Both the position numbers and the translations under genes were made by a program. From assembly GCA_964415625.1 (NCBI GenBank), contig CAYQBE010000004.1:10620-74619 (forward strand): 64,000 nucleotides of DNA. Direction: 5' to 3'. This stretch comes from an uncultured Clostridium sp. (GTDB taxonomy: Bacteria; Bacillota; Clostridia; Lachnospirales; Lachnospiraceae). The notes beneath the pieces are model-generated. The model was not told the DNA's origin. It did not search any database and saw only the letters and a list, made by a program, of their open reading frames with translations. Below, one piece after another: positions 19,412 to 30,866 of this stretch (the stretch's first letter is position 1; every line of letters begins with the position of its first letter).

Positions 19412-19947
19412 CTTATTTCATGAAACAGGTTATACGGGAGTTGATAGCAAATATAAAGGACGGATTTGTGCTGTGTGACCGCAAAGAGGCCGAGTCGCTG
19501 CATGGAAAAAGAGTTTTGGTCATTGCTTCTGCAGGAGGCGGGGCGCTAGAGCAGCTTGTGGAAAATTTTCTCTTGCCGGCAAATGCGCATATAAGTATAT
19601 CTGGAACTGCAAGGTGCAGGCAATATATAGAGGACGTTGCGCTGGAGGACGCAGAGTATTTTTTTCATGAGGGGAAATATGGCGTTGATTCTTTAGACTA
19701 TAAAATTCTGAAATATAAAAAATTTGACGCATTAATTTATCTGGTTACACAAAAAGACCTTTATAGTTATATTAATATCGAATATATGTGCCAGGATTAT
19801 AATAAAAATAATCCCTGTACAGTATATTGCGCAGATATTTTTGGCGATTTATGGAAAAATACAACTATTGATAAATATATCGCGTGCAAAGAAGCATATA
19901 AGAATCTGATTGATTATAGCATAATGAGGGGAAATGAAAAAGACTGA
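19408..19947 (+). CDS. Hypothetical protein
   Basis: 179 aa, overlaps both neighbours, GGAGG upstream. Confidence 0.65.
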   Translation: MTYFMKQVIRELIANIKDGFVLCDRKEAESLHGKRVLVIASAGGGALEQLVENFLLPANAHISISGTARCRQYIEDVALEDAEYFFHEGKYGVDSLDYKILKYKKFDALIYLVTQKDLYSYINIEYMCQDYNKNNPCTVYCADIFGDLWKNTTIDKYIACKEAYKNLIDYSIMRGNEKD

Positions 19948-21055
19948 TATGAAAGTAGGATACGTTTTAGGTGAACGAGAAAAAAAACCGGCTGGAATAG
20001 GTAAGTTTATAATAGGCTGTATTGATGGAATTGGAAGAAATGCTCAACAGATTGATATGAATGTTCTGGGATTTGATTATCTTCATTTGGATAAATGCAC
20101 ATATTTTCCGACGCTATATGAAAATAGTGATATATCAAACAGATATAATGAACTGAGAGTTTTGGAAGAAGCAGTAAGTTTTGATATTGTTCACTCGTTT
20201 TATTCCACTATTCCGAAATTTAAAAAAGCCAAAAGCATTATTACGATACATGATTTGAGTTCACTCGAAAATATGGACTGGTCCCAAGATCCGAAAAGAG
20301 CAAATGAGTTTCTTGGCTGTGAGTTAAAACAGTGTGCCCGGGACGTGGACTGTATTTTGGCAGATTCTCAACATACAAAGTCAGATATAGTCAGGTATTA
20401 TGATATTGCGCCTTCAAAGATCAAAGTTATATATCCAGGTATATATAATATGGAAGAGCCCAAAGGAGCACTTGATGATGAAGCAATATTAAAAAAATAT
20501 AATATCGACAAAGGGTATATCCTATCGATATGTACGATTGAGCCAAGAAAAAATCTGATATCTTTAATAAGGGCTTTTGAGGTGTTGAGGGATAAACGGG
20601 CAGACTGTGATGTAAAACTAGTGTTGGTAGGAAAAAGTGGCTGGAAAAATGATGAAGTATATTTAGAAGCTGGAGAAAGCAGATATTCATCAGATATTAT
20701 CTTTACGGGGTATGTTGAAAATTATGAGTTAAATATACTGTATAAACATGCACAAGTATTTGCGTATATATCGTTTTATGAAGGGTTTGGGTGTCCGATT
20801 TTGGAAGCAATGGAAAAGGGGGCTGCTGTTTTGACATCAGAGACATCGTCCATGCCTGAGGTGGGAGGAGATGCAGCTTCTTATTGCAATCCATATGATT
20901 TGGATTCCATTTGGGAACAACTGGATCGTCTATTGTATGATGTGAATTTGAGGAAAATAAAGAAAAGCAAAGCCATCATACAGGCTAAAAAGTTTTCATA
21001 CAAAAAAACTGCGGATGAGACCATAAAGGTATATAAGGAACTGCTGAGTAAATAA
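19934..21055 (+). CDS. GT4 glycosyltransferase (paralog 2)
   Basis: TIHDL, EPRKN, YEGFGCPILEAM. Confidence 0.9.
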   Translation: MKKTDMKVGYVLGEREKKPAGIGKFIIGCIDGIGRNAQQIDMNVLGFDYLHLDKCTYFPTLYENSDISNRYNELRVLEEAVSFDIVHSFYSTIPKFKKAKSIITIHDLSSLENMDWSQDPKRANEFLGCELKQCARDVDCILADSQHTKSDIVRYYDIAPSKIKVIYPGIYNMEEPKGALDDEAILKKYNIDKGYILSICTIEPRKNLISLIRAFEVLRDKRADCDVKLVLVGKSGWKNDEVYLEAGESRYSSDIIFTGYVENYELNILYKHAQVFAYISFYEGFGCPILEAMEKGAAVLTSETSSMPEVGGDAASYCNPYDLDSIWEQLDRLLYDVNLRKIKKSKAIIQAKKFSYKKTADETIKVYKELLSK

Positions 21056-21095
21056 TACTTTGATTTATTGAAAAAAGATAAAGGAAGGCTGTTAT

Positions 21096-22568
21096 ATGAA
21101 AGTTGTACAGGTTATATGGAACTTAGGGTATGGGGATGGCGTATCTAATTGTGTTTTTTCCGTTTCAGAAATATTGAACGAACTTAATTACTCAAATTAT
21201 ATTATTGCATTTTTTTTAGATAAGCAAATTAAAAATAAAAATGTGGTGAAAAAAGAGATTTATGAACCAATAGCTGTAGATGCGGATGATATACTTATAT
21301 ATCATTTCTCACATGGATGTCCAAGCAATTATATTGTCGAGAATATGGCTTGTAAAAAAATTCTTGTATATCATAATATTACAACACCTGATTTTTTCAG
21401 AGGTGTCAATGATGATTTGTTTAGGGCCTGTTTATGGGGGATGCATGATGCTGCCAAAACAGTTGGTAAATACCTTAAGGCTGTGGTAATGTCTGAGTTT
21501 AGCAAAAGCAATTTGTTGGAGATGGGATGGAGAGCAGAAGATATCCAGATAATCCCCCTGATAAAAGCTCATGACAAAGAAATAAAAATAAATTCTGTTT
21601 TGGCAGATAGTTATACGGATGATTATGTAAATATTTTATTTACAGGCAGGATAGCGCCTAACAAAAAGATAGAAGATATTATAAGGATCTTTTCGTACTA
21701 CCAAAAAAATGTGAATCCTAAAAGCAGGTTATTTTTAGTAGGATGGATTCAATGTCTTAACTATTACGATGCTTTAGTAAGATATGTCCAGTCGTTAAAG
21801 GTTCAGGATGTAGTCTTTACCGGCCATGTCGCAAATGAAGACTTAGAAGCATATTATGCTGTTTCGGATATATTTTTATGTATGAGCGAACACGAGGGAT
21901 TTTGTATACCGCTGCTTGAGGCTATGAAAAGAGAAACTCCTGTTATTGCATATTCTGCTGCCGCCGTTCCAGACACACTGGGAAATGCTGGGATTTTAGT
22001 GGAAACGAAGGATGAAGGAGAAATAGCTGAGATTATAAACAGATTAATATCAGATCCTGAGTATAGAAAAAAAATCATACAGTCACAGAATAAGAGAGTA
22101 AGTTCATTAGGTTTAGAAGACCATAAGTTAGAATTAAAAAAAATAATAGATGAGGTCAGCCAGATGGAGGATTTTTCCTACGCACTGGAAACAAAAGAGA
22201 TATCAATCCCCTATTATGTAGGAAAAAAGCCGGATTTTATAAAAGATATAGAAAATTTATGTGAAAGCAATGAGACAATAGTCATTTATGGGGCAGGGAA
22301 AGTAGGGCAAAGCCTATTGCGTGGGTGTAAGAGCTGGATAAGAGGATTTTTAAAAAAATTTGTTATTTGTGATAATGGATTTGAAGAGAGCAGTTATGAT
22401 GGTATTCCTGTCATAAACCATGAGGAATGTATTAAAAGATATCCGAGCGCATTGTATATTGTTACCCCTCAAATGAATTGTGTAGAGATTATCGCAAACT
22501 TAGTTAGAGATAATATAGATAAAAGCAGGATAAAATTTTTAAACTCCACAGCTCAAAAAATAGTATGA
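21096..22568 (+). CDS. GT4 glycosyltransferase with C-terminal Rossmann-like module
   Basis: YHNIT, GRIAPNK, SEHEGFCIPLLEAM; C-terminal IVIYGAGKVG. Confidence 0.88.
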   Translation: MKVVQVIWNLGYGDGVSNCVFSVSEILNELNYSNYIIAFFLDKQIKNKNVVKKEIYEPIAVDADDILIYHFSHGCPSNYIVENMACKKILVYHNITTPDFFRGVNDDLFRACLWGMHDAAKTVGKYLKAVVMSEFSKSNLLEMGWRAEDIQIIPLIKAHDKEIKINSVLADSYTDDYVNILFTGRIAPNKKIEDIIRIFSYYQKNVNPKSRLFLVGWIQCLNYYDALVRYVQSLKVQDVVFTGHVANEDLEAYYAVSDIFLCMSEHEGFCIPLLEAMKRETPVIAYSAAAVPDTLGNAGILVETKDEGEIAEIINRLISDPEYRKKIIQSQNKRVSSLGLEDHKLELKKIIDEVSQMEDFSYALETKEISIPYYVGKKPDFIKDIENLCESNETIVIYGAGKVGQSLLRGCKSWIRGFLKKFVICDNGFEESSYDGIPVINHEECIKRYPSALYIVTPQMNCVEIIANLVRDNIDKSRIKFLNSTAQKIV

Positions 22569-22598
22569 AATTTAATATGAAAAAGCGGGCTGAAAAAA

Positions 22599-23771
22599 AT
22601 GAAAATAAAAGGTGGGATGATCATGAAAAAGGACATATGGATTTGGGGATGGGGGGATATTGGAAAACTTGCATATAAAGCTGTTTTATGTGAAGGTAAA
22701 TGGAATATAAAGGGAATTATCGATAATAATCCGAATAAGCAGGGAAACATTGTAGATGGAATTGTGATATCTTCATTTGATAAAATCAAGGAAGAGATTA
22801 AAGATTTAGAATTAGTTGTTTGTTGCTGCAGGCAAAATAATTTTGTGATTTTTAAGAAAGAATTGGAAAAAATAGGACATAAACAGTATATGCATTTTCA
22901 TGAGTTAAATATGTACCCTCTTTTGTTCCAATTTCTTGAAGAAGGATATGATGATCGGATACTGTCTAGGTGTTGTACACAGGAGGATTTTGAAAAACCT
23001 TGGTTTAAAGCCATTCGGATGCAGTTAGAAGAACAGGTGGACTGGCATTGCTGCTATAGGAAAACCTGGGAGTTTGTTTTTATTATCAAGGCATTAGAGG
23101 AACAGGGGATGTTGCAGGCAGGAAAAAAGGGGTTGGGATTTGCGGTAGGGCTGGAACCATTGCCTTCTTATTTTGCGAGTAAAAAAGTGAGTGTTTTAGC
23201 TACAGATTTATCAATAGATAATGAGGGCGCTAAAAAGTGGGCAGATGCGAATCAAAACGCGAGAGGTAATAAATTTGCCTTACATAGAAATTATATTTGC
23301 AGCCAAGACGATTTTGAGCAATATGTATCTTATAGAGATGTCAACATGAATGAGATACCAGATGATATTGGGGAGTATGATTTTTGCTGGTCTAGCTGTG
23401 CGATTGAGCATGTAGGAGATTTACAACATAGTAAACAATTCCTGAAAAATATGATTCAAGTATTAAAACCTGGCGGAGTCGCTGTACATACAACGGAATT
23501 TAACCTTTCATCCAACGATGAAACTATAACAGAAGGTGAAAATGTTATATTTAGAAAATTAGATATAGAAGAGATGAAAGAATGGTTTGCAGAACATAGA
23601 TGCCATATGGAGACATCCTATAAGCGAGGAGCGAAAAAAGGTGATCTGTTTGTAGACATTCCGCCATATTTACAGTATGATCATCATTTAAATTTACAGT
23701 TAGGGAAGTTTGCATCTACTTCTATCGCAATTATTGTACGTAAAATGAAAAATAATGAGCAGATAAATTAA
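22599..23771 (+). CDS. Class I SAM-dependent methyltransferase with N-terminal Rossmann-like module
   Basis: GLGFAVG.EP, YDFCWSSCAIEH, LKPGG..VHTTE. Confidence 0.8.
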   Translation: MKIKGGMIMKKDIWIWGWGDIGKLAYKAVLCEGKWNIKGIIDNNPNKQGNIVDGIVISSFDKIKEEIKDLELVVCCCRQNNFVIFKKELEKIGHKQYMHFHELNMYPLLFQFLEEGYDDRILSRCCTQEDFEKPWFKAIRMQLEEQVDWHCCYRKTWEFVFIIKALEEQGMLQAGKKGLGFAVGLEPLPSYFASKKVSVLATDLSIDNEGAKKWADANQNARGNKFALHRNYICSQDDFEQYVSYRDVNMNEIPDDIGEYDFCWSSCAIEHVGDLQHSKQFLKNMIQVLKPGGVAVHTTEFNLSSNDETITEGENVIFRKLDIEEMKEWFAEHRCHMETSYKRGAKKGDLFVDIPPYLQYDHHLNLQLGKFASTSIAIIVRKMKNNEQIN

Positions 23772-23794
23772 TTTATATGTAAAGGAAAGCTAAT

Positions 23795-24895
23795 ATGAAG
23801 GTGGGATATGTTTTAACAGAAACAGATAAAAGACCATGTGGGATTAATAGATTTATAATAGAGTGCATGACTGAATTGAAAAAGGTTTCTAAGTTGGATA
23901 TCAGTATTCTGGGATATGATTATTTTAATTATGATATATGTACATATCTCCCGACATTATACTATGAGGGAGACTTGAAAAATAGATATAAAGAGATAAC
24001 AGTTTTAGCGGAGGCGTCAGGTTTTGAAATCGTTCATTCATTTTACTATCCTCTGCCTAAAATTAAAAATATAAAAACTATTATAACAATACATGATCTG
24101 ACTCCGCTTATAAATGAGAATTGGTTTCCTGGTGGAAGAAAAATAAGAGAATATTATGACCAATGGCTGCGTTGTGGGGCGGATACAGCGGATTGTATTT
24201 TTGCGGATTCCGAATATACAAAGTCAGATATAGTGAAATATTTTAATATTGTTCCTGATAAAATCAAAGTGGTCTATCCAGGGCTATATAGTATAAAGCA
24301 TTCTAAGAACCATGCTGATGCAAGAACAATATTGCAAAAGTATGGAATAAACAAAGACTATATACTTTCAATATGTACGATTGAACCCAGAAAGAATCTG
24401 GTTTCTTTAATAAAAGCGTATGAGTTGCTGCGTGATAAAAGACCAGATTATGATATGAGTCTTGTTCTGGTTGGGAGAAATGGTTGGGTTAATGATAATA
24501 TTTATTTAGTGTCTGCACAGAGTAAATATTCATCAGATATTATCTTTACAGGTTATGTAGAAGATTATGAGTTAGATGTATTTTATAAGAAGGCTTTATT
24601 ATTCGCCTATATTTCATATTATGAAGGCTTCGGCCTGCCTATTCTGGAAGCCATGGCAAAAGGGGCGGTCGTTTTATCGTCAGAGACATCTTCTATGCCG
24701 GAGGTAGGCGGTGAAGCTGTTTCTTACTGCAATCCTTATGATATGGAATCTATTGTCGTTCAGCTTGATAGATTATTGTATGATGAGAAGCTAAGAGATC
24801 AATTGAAAGCGAAAGCATTGATACAAGCTGATAAATTTTCATATAAAAAAATGGCAAAAGAGACTATGGAAATTTATGAAGAATTGATCAATTAG
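23795..24895 (+). CDS. GT4 glycosyltransferase (paralog 3)
   Basis: TIHDL, EPRKN, YEGFGLPILEAM; close to 18284 and 19934. Confidence 0.9.
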   Translation: MKVGYVLTETDKRPCGINRFIIECMTELKKVSKLDISILGYDYFNYDICTYLPTLYYEGDLKNRYKEITVLAEASGFEIVHSFYYPLPKIKNIKTIITIHDLTPLINENWFPGGRKIREYYDQWLRCGADTADCIFADSEYTKSDIVKYFNIVPDKIKVVYPGLYSIKHSKNHADARTILQKYGINKDYILSICTIEPRKNLVSLIKAYELLRDKRPDYDMSLVLVGRNGWVNDNIYLVSAQSKYSSDIIFTGYVEDYELDVFYKKALLFAYISYYEGFGLPILEAMAKGAVVLSSETSSMPEVGGEAVSYCNPYDMESIVVQLDRLLYDEKLRDQLKAKALIQADKFSYKKMAKETMEIYEELIN

Positions 24896-24997
24896 CTCCA
24901 CAGATTGAGCGGGCGAGCGTTGGAATTTCATCCATAATAATGCAGATCAGACAAAAGAATAAGGGAACTAGAATGAAGATTTAGAAAGCGAGAAGAT

Positions 24998-26290
24998 ATG
25001 AAGGAAATCCATGTGGTATATATAACAGATTCAAATTATGTAATGCCAACTTGCGTATCAATAGTTTCACTTAAAATGTCGCGTATTAAACCTGCAAACT
25101 ATCGTATTTATGTTTTGGCTAATGATATTTCTGTAGATGAAAAAGAAAAAATAATATCCATTTCGGAAGAAGATTTTGTAATCCATATTATTGACGTTAA
25201 AAATGATAAGTATAAAGAGTTGGCGGAGAGGTGTTTAACTAAGGATACTCCTGTTACATATTCTGCATTATATAAGTTTGATATTTCTAATATTTTAAAT
25301 ACAGTTGATCAAGTGCTCTATTTGGATGGAGATACGTTGATTAATAGAGATATTTCAGAGTTGTTTGATATTGAAATGTCAGATATGTATGTTGCTGCGG
25401 TAGATGAGATGGGAGATGAATGTACTTGTGAGGGAGAATCCATGCTTGCCGCCAGAATTGGACTACATACACAAACATATTTCAATAGTGGTGTTTTATT
25501 ACTTAATTTATCTAAAATGCGTCAAGACGGAATTCATGAACAATTAATACAATATAGACAGGAAGAAATAAATTATTTTATGGATCAGGATGCAATAAAT
25601 AGCGTGATGGGCAGGAAAAGAATCGATTTATCCTATTGTTATAATTTTAGGACTGCATTGTTTGATGTTATGAATATAGAAGAGATTAGTAAAAGATTTT
25701 TTGAAGATCAGTATCCAGACATTAAGTCATGTCTGGAAGATCAGTCGATTATACATATGAGTGATAGATTAAAACCATGGAAATATTATTTCCCATGGAT
25801 AACAGAATTATTTTTGTACTTTTATAATAAAAGCCCATATAGAAATAGCAGGATCAATTTTTTATCTCCTTTAAAGGTATTAAATGACCAAAAGAGAGAA
25901 ATGGAAAATAAGTATGTAAGCCTGATACAGAACTACCAAAATGTATGTGATAATTACGAAAAGCAGATAAAAAAAATGAAATATGCTAAAATATGGAAAT
26001 TTCCATATAGCAAAATGAAGAAGGAGAGCAGAATTGTACTCTATGGGGCCGGACGGGTTGGAAAGGATCTGTATGAGCAGGCAGTACAGAGTGAATTTTG
26101 CCAGGTGGTACTTTGGGTCGATAAAGATTATATAAATAAAACAGGTGGGATTGCGTCTCCTGAAAAAATCAAAGACTGTGAATATGACTACATTATTATT
26201 GCTCTGGCAGAAACAGAAACCGTGGAAGAAGTAGAGAGATATCTGATTTCAATAGGAGTACAGGACAGGAACATAATCAAGCTGGGATAA
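24998..26290 (+). CDS. GT8 glycosyltransferase with C-terminal Rossmann-like module
   Basis: LYLDGD, YFNSGVLLLNL, DQDAIN, KPW. Confidence 0.9.
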   Translation: MKEIHVVYITDSNYVMPTCVSIVSLKMSRIKPANYRIYVLANDISVDEKEKIISISEEDFVIHIIDVKNDKYKELAERCLTKDTPVTYSALYKFDISNILNTVDQVLYLDGDTLINRDISELFDIEMSDMYVAAVDEMGDECTCEGESMLAARIGLHTQTYFNSGVLLLNLSKMRQDGIHEQLIQYRQEEINYFMDQDAINSVMGRKRIDLSYCYNFRTALFDVMNIEEISKRFFEDQYPDIKSCLEDQSIIHMSDRLKPWKYYFPWITELFLYFYNKSPYRNSRINFLSPLKVLNDQKREMENKYVSLIQNYQNVCDNYEKQIKKMKYAKIWKFPYSKMKKESRIVLYGAGRVGKDLYEQAVQSEFCQVVLWVDKDYINKTGGIASPEKIKDCEYDYIIIALAETETVEEVERYLISIGVQDRNIIKLG

Positions 26291-26322
26291 TAAGTCGTCA
26301 ATATAGAAGAAAAGGGAGCATT

Positions 26323-27648
26323 ATGAACATAATTTTACTTTCCGGCGGTAGCGGCAAACGTTTGTGGCCATTATCAAATGATGTACGCAGCAAACAGTTT
26401 ATTCGTCTCTTTAAAGAAGAAAATGGTGTATATGAATCTATGATACAGCGTGTGTACCGACAGATTGTATCTGTGGATGACAGCGCAAAGATAACGATAG
26501 CAACAAGTAAATCTCAGGTCAGCGCGGTCCGCAATCAGCTAGGTGATAAGGTGTCTATTTGCGTGGAGCCATGTAGAAGAGATACTTTTCCGGCAATTGT
26601 ACTGGCTGCAGCCTACCTGAGAGACGAGGCAGGAATAACGGAAGATGAGTGTGTTACGGTGTGTCCGGTAGACCCATATGTAGACAATACATATTATGAG
26701 GCTGTAAGAAAGCTTAGCTTGCTTGCCGGAAAGGGAAAGGTCGCTCTTACCTTGATGGGAATCGAACCGACTTATCCCAGCGAAAAGTATGGCTATATTA
26801 TTCCGGCAGCATCTGAAAATGTAAGCCGTGTAAAAGAATTTAAAGAAAAACCGAATACAGAGATGGCAAAAAAATATATTCAGCAGGGAGCTCTGTGGAA
26901 TGCCGGGGTATTTGCTTTTCGGTTAGGTTATCTTTTGGAAAAAGCGCATAATATGTTAGAGTTTGCAGATTATCGTGATCTCTATGAAAAATATGAAATG
27001 CTCGAAAAAATTAGTTTTGACTATGCTGTTGTAGAAAAAGAACAAAGCATTCAGGTTATGCGTTATGCAGGTCAGTGGAAAGATGTGGGAACCTGGAATA
27101 TGATGGCTGAGACTATGGCTGATACAACAAAAGGAAATGTCTTATTGGATGAAACTTGTGTAAATACACAAGTAGTGAATGAACTTGATCTTCCAGTACT
27201 TTGTATGGGATGTAAAAATATGGTCGTAGCGGTTGGCAGTGATGGTATTTTAGTATCAGATAAAGAACGCAGCGGTTATATGAAGCCTTTTGTAGAAAAG
27301 ATTTGTACGGATGTGCGTTTTGCGGAAAAATCATGGGGAACTTATACTGTGATAGATGCGCAGCCAGGATCTTTGACAGCGAAAATTATTCTTCGAAAAG
27401 GAAATCGTCTCGCATATCATAGTCATGAACATAGAGACGAGGTCTGGACTGTGGTCTCAGGGGAGGGAAGAACAGTGGTGGATGGAATGGAACAGATTGT
27501 CCATGTTGGAGATGTTGTAACTGTGGCCGCAGGATGCAGGCATACGATTATCGCAGACACAGAAATGAGTATAATTGAGACACAAATTGGTGCTGAAATC
27601 AGCGAAAATGATAAAAAGATTTTTAACGATATAAGCGGAGTTGTCTAA
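26323..27648 (+). CDS. manC: Mannose-1-phosphate guanylyltransferase with C-terminal cupin
   Basis: LSGGSGKRLWPLS, YGYI, FKEKP, WNAG, SFDYAV.EK, W.DVG.W. Confidence 0.9.
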   Translation: MNIILLSGGSGKRLWPLSNDVRSKQFIRLFKEENGVYESMIQRVYRQIVSVDDSAKITIATSKSQVSAVRNQLGDKVSICVEPCRRDTFPAIVLAAAYLRDEAGITEDECVTVCPVDPYVDNTYYEAVRKLSLLAGKGKVALTLMGIEPTYPSEKYGYIIPAASENVSRVKEFKEKPNTEMAKKYIQQGALWNAGVFAFRLGYLLEKAHNMLEFADYRDLYEKYEMLEKISFDYAVVEKEQSIQVMRYAGQWKDVGTWNMMAETMADTTKGNVLLDETCVNTQVVNELDLPVLCMGCKNMVVAVGSDGILVSDKERSGYMKPFVEKICTDVRFAEKSWGTYTVIDAQPGSLTAKIILRKGNRLAYHSHEHRDEVWTVVSGEGRTVVDGMEQIVHVGDVVTVAAGCRHTIIADTEMSIIETQIGAEISENDKKIFNDISGVV

Positions 27649-28614
27649 ATGGAACCGATGTTATTAAAACCGGTTGGCAAGGATTATCTGTGGGGGGGAA
27701 CGCGTCTTAAAAAGGAGTTTAACAAGTCAATGTTATTAACGCCTTTAGCAGAGACATGGGAATGTTCGACACACCCTGATGGTTTCAGCAGGGTCGCGAA
27801 TGGAGAATTTAAAGGCAGAACATTAGGTGAGGTACTGACAATCCATCCAGAGTTTCTTGGCACAAGAAATAGTTCATTTGACGGCTTACCGATACTGGTG
27901 AAATTGATTGACGCAGAAAAGGATCTGTCGATCCAGGTTCATCCGGATGACGACTATGCTTGGCACCATGAAGGACAAAGCGGAAAAACAGAAATGTGGT
28001 ATGTCCTGGATGCAAAACCTGATACAACTATAATCCATGGGTTTGCGCATCCCATGACAAAAGAGCTGCTTAACCGGGCAGTTCAAAAGGGGGAGCTTTC
28101 AAAACATTTTCAAAAAATACATGTACAGAAGGATAATGTGTTTTTTATTCCGGCAGGTACAGTCCATGCAATTGGAGCTGGAGCTTTGATAGCTGAGATT
28201 CAAGAAAATTCAAACATTACATATCGCATATATGATTATGACCGAACAGATAAAAATGGAAAGAAACGGGAATTGCATTTTGATAAAGCAGTCGAAGTCA
28301 TGAATATGGAAGTAGGAGAAGCAGTACGTCAGGGACCGAGAATGGTACATTATTATCCAGGATGTTCAAGAGAAATCCTATGTCGCTGCAAATATTTTGA
28401 AACGGAACGTATTCAGGTGACAAAAGGATTTTCCTTTTCTGTTACAGAAAGTTCATTTCAGATTTTATTGTGTATAGATGGAGAAGGCGGACTTGAGACA
28501 AATATACAAAACCATCCGTTAAGATTTTCAAAGGGAACCTGTCTGTTTATTCCAGCCGGCATGGGACGGTGTTACGTGCTTGGAGATGCAGTACTCTTAA
28601 AAATTCGATGTTAA
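27649..28614 (+). CDS. manA: Class I mannose-6-phosphate isomerase
   Basis: WGG..L, LSIQVHPDD, GKTEMWY, PAGTVHA, EIQENS..TYR.YD. Confidence 0.92.
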   Translation: MEPMLLKPVGKDYLWGGTRLKKEFNKSMLLTPLAETWECSTHPDGFSRVANGEFKGRTLGEVLTIHPEFLGTRNSSFDGLPILVKLIDAEKDLSIQVHPDDDYAWHHEGQSGKTEMWYVLDAKPDTTIIHGFAHPMTKELLNRAVQKGELSKHFQKIHVQKDNVFFIPAGTVHAIGAGALIAEIQENSNITYRIYDYDRTDKNGKKRELHFDKAVEVMNMEVGEAVRQGPRMVHYYPGCSREILCRCKYFETERIQVTKGFSFSVTESSFQILLCIDGEGGLETNIQNHPLRFSKGTCLFIPAGMGRCYVLGDAVLLKIRC

Positions 28615-28674
28615 TTTTGCAGAGCAGTAAGTTATTTATTAGATCATATATCAAAAAGGTAGGGATTGAAATTA

Positions 28675-29724
28675 ATGAAAAAAGTGTTGATCACAGGAAT
28701 TACAGGACAGGACGGTTCATATTTGGCGGAATTTCTTTTGAATAAAGGATATGAGGTGCATGGAGTTATTCGCCGATCCTCTGTATCTACAACAGAGAGA
28801 ATAGAGCACCTCCTAAAAAAGAATGCAGTCATATTACATGAAGGGGATCTGTCTGATTCATCCAGTATCATACGTATTATAAATCGGGTACGGCCGGACG
28901 AGATTTATAATCTGGCGGCGCAAAGCCATGTTGGAGTAAGCTTTGATGCTGCGGAATATACAGGCGATGTAGATGCTTTGGGAGTACTTCGTATTTTGGA
29001 CGCGGTACATATACTTGGACTGGACCATACCTGCCGTATCTATCAGGCGTCCACATCTGAACTCTATGGAAAAGTGGAAGAATGCCCACAAAACGAGAAT
29101 ACGCCATTCCATCCTTACAGTCCATATGCGGTTGCCAAGCAGTATGGCTATTGGATGATAAAAGAGTATCGGGAAGCTTATAAGATGTTTGCGTGTAATG
29201 GGATTTTGTTCAATCACGAATCCGAGCGGAGAGGGGAGAACTTCGTTACCCGTAAAATCACACGGGCGGCAGGGCGGATTGCCTGCGGATTGCAGGAACA
29301 TGTGGAACTGGGGAATTTGGACTCTTTAAGGGACTGGGGCTATGCAAAGGACTATGTAGAATGTATGTGGCTGATCCTCCAACAGGATAAACCAGACGAC
29401 TATGTGATTGCTACAGGAGCACAGCATACGGTTCGTGAATTTACAACGCTCGCTTTTGCCCATGATGGTATTGAGATCGAGTGGAGAGGAAAGGGATTAG
29501 AGGAAAAGGGTTACGATAAATCAACAGGTAAAATGGTTGTTTGTGTAAATCCGCAGTGGTTCCGGCCAACGGATGTAGTGAACCTTTGTGGGGATCCGAC
29601 GAAGGCCAGAACTGTATTGGGGTGGAACCCACAAAAAACAAGTTATGAAGAGTTATGTGCGGTTATGGCAGAATATGATCTGAGGCTGGCAAAAAAAGAA
29701 GCCGGAATCCAACAGGAACGATAG
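28675..29724 (+). CDS. gmd: GDP-mannose 4,6-dehydratase
   Basis: [35 protein letters not shown]. Confidence 0.95.
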   Translation: MKKVLITGITGQDGSYLAEFLLNKGYEVHGVIRRSSVSTTERIEHLLKKNAVILHEGDLSDSSSIIRIINRVRPDEIYNLAAQSHVGVSFDAAEYTGDVDALGVLRILDAVHILGLDHTCRIYQASTSELYGKVEECPQNENTPFHPYSPYAVAKQYGYWMIKEYREAYKMFACNGILFNHESERRGENFVTRKITRAAGRIACGLQEHVELGNLDSLRDWGYAKDYVECMWLILQQDKPDDYVIATGAQHTVREFTTLAFAHDGIEIEWRGKGLEEKGYDKSTGKMVVCVNPQWFRPTDVVNLCGDPTKARTVLGWNPQKTSYEELCAVMAEYDLRLAKKEAGIQQER

Positions 29725-29741
29725 CAATAAGGGTGTAAACG

Positions 29742-30671
29742 ATGAAAAAAGTGTTAATATTCGGTATTGGCGGATTTGTCGGTCAATATTTGTCGCAGGA
29801 ATTTTTAGATAATGGATATGAAGTGATGGGAAGCGACATATGTAAAAACGATGAAACTCCTTCGGGTATAAAGATCCATAAAGTAGATTTATTAGATTAT
29901 GAGGCTGTTAAAAAGCTGATATTAGAAGCTGCGCCGGACATGATCGTCAATCTTGCCGCGATAAGCAGTGTGGGCAGATCATGGAAAATGCCACAGGCCA
30001 CCATGTCGGTCAATGTGGTAGGGGCGCTGAATATTATGGAAGCCGCTAAAATATGCAATCCGGTGCCTAAGGTGATGCTGATTGGTTCTAGCGAGGAGTA
30101 TGAGACTTCGGATGTGCCAATCCGGGAGGATACCCCGTTGAATGCAGGCAATCCATATGGCATTTCCAAAATGACTCTGGAAATATTTACACGCTTGTAC
30201 CGTGAATGTTTTGGAATAAAAATTTATTATGTAAGGCCATTTAATCATACGGGGATTGGCCAGCAAGAAACATTTGTGCTTCCAAGTTTTTGTAAGCAGG
30301 CAGCAATTATTGAAAGGTCAGGAAAAGCCGGAGTTATTAAAGTTGGAAATCTAAGCGCTGAGCGTGATTTTAGCAATGTGAAAGATATTGTTAGGGCATA
30401 CCGTATGATTATTGAAAGTTCTGATTGTACAAAAGTGTTTAATGTAGGCTCAGGAAAGGCTTATAGTATCAGAGAAATTTTGGACTATATCATATCCTTA
30501 GGGACACAGGAAATTATTGTAGAGATAGATCCTGAACGTTTCAGGGAAATAGATACGCCGAGAATTTGCTGTGACTATAGTCTTATTAAAGCAGAGTTGG
30601 GATGGGAACCAGAGTATAGTATCTTTGATACAGTGAAGGAAATGTATGAATATTACAGAAAAGAACAGTAG
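29742..30671 (+). CDS. rmd: GDP-4-keto-6-deoxy-D-mannose reductase-like extended SDR
   Basis: GIGGFVG, GSSEEY, YGISK, RPFNHTG, VGNL...RDF; directly follows gmd. Confidence 0.7.
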   Translation: MKKVLIFGIGGFVGQYLSQEFLDNGYEVMGSDICKNDETPSGIKIHKVDLLDYEAVKKLILEAAPDMIVNLAAISSVGRSWKMPQATMSVNVVGALNIMEAAKICNPVPKVMLIGSSEEYETSDVPIREDTPLNAGNPYGISKMTLEIFTRLYRECFGIKIYYVRPFNHTGIGQQETFVLPSFCKQAAIIERSGKAGVIKVGNLSAERDFSNVKDIVRAYRMIIESSDCTKVFNVGSGKAYSIREILDYIISLGTQEIIVEIDPERFREIDTPRICCDYSLIKAELGWEPEYSIFDTVKEMYEYYRKEQ

Positions 30672-30866
30672 CTCGCTGAGGGGAAAGATGGTGATGAAAG
30701 ACTTACCAACTTTAAATCCCTTTATAGAAGAGAATAATATTTTACATTTGCGGGCAAATTGATAATTTAGATAAAAAGGGGTTATGTTTATTGACTTAAT
30801 GCCGATAGTATTATAGGATAATTTAATAAGATATATAAAATATCTGTACCGGATCAGGTACGGAAG

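Noticed and set aside
30791-30815. GCCGATA as a sigma-28 promoter (also near 61006)
   Set aside because: No TAAA -35 box at the right spacing, so it cannot support flagellar regulation
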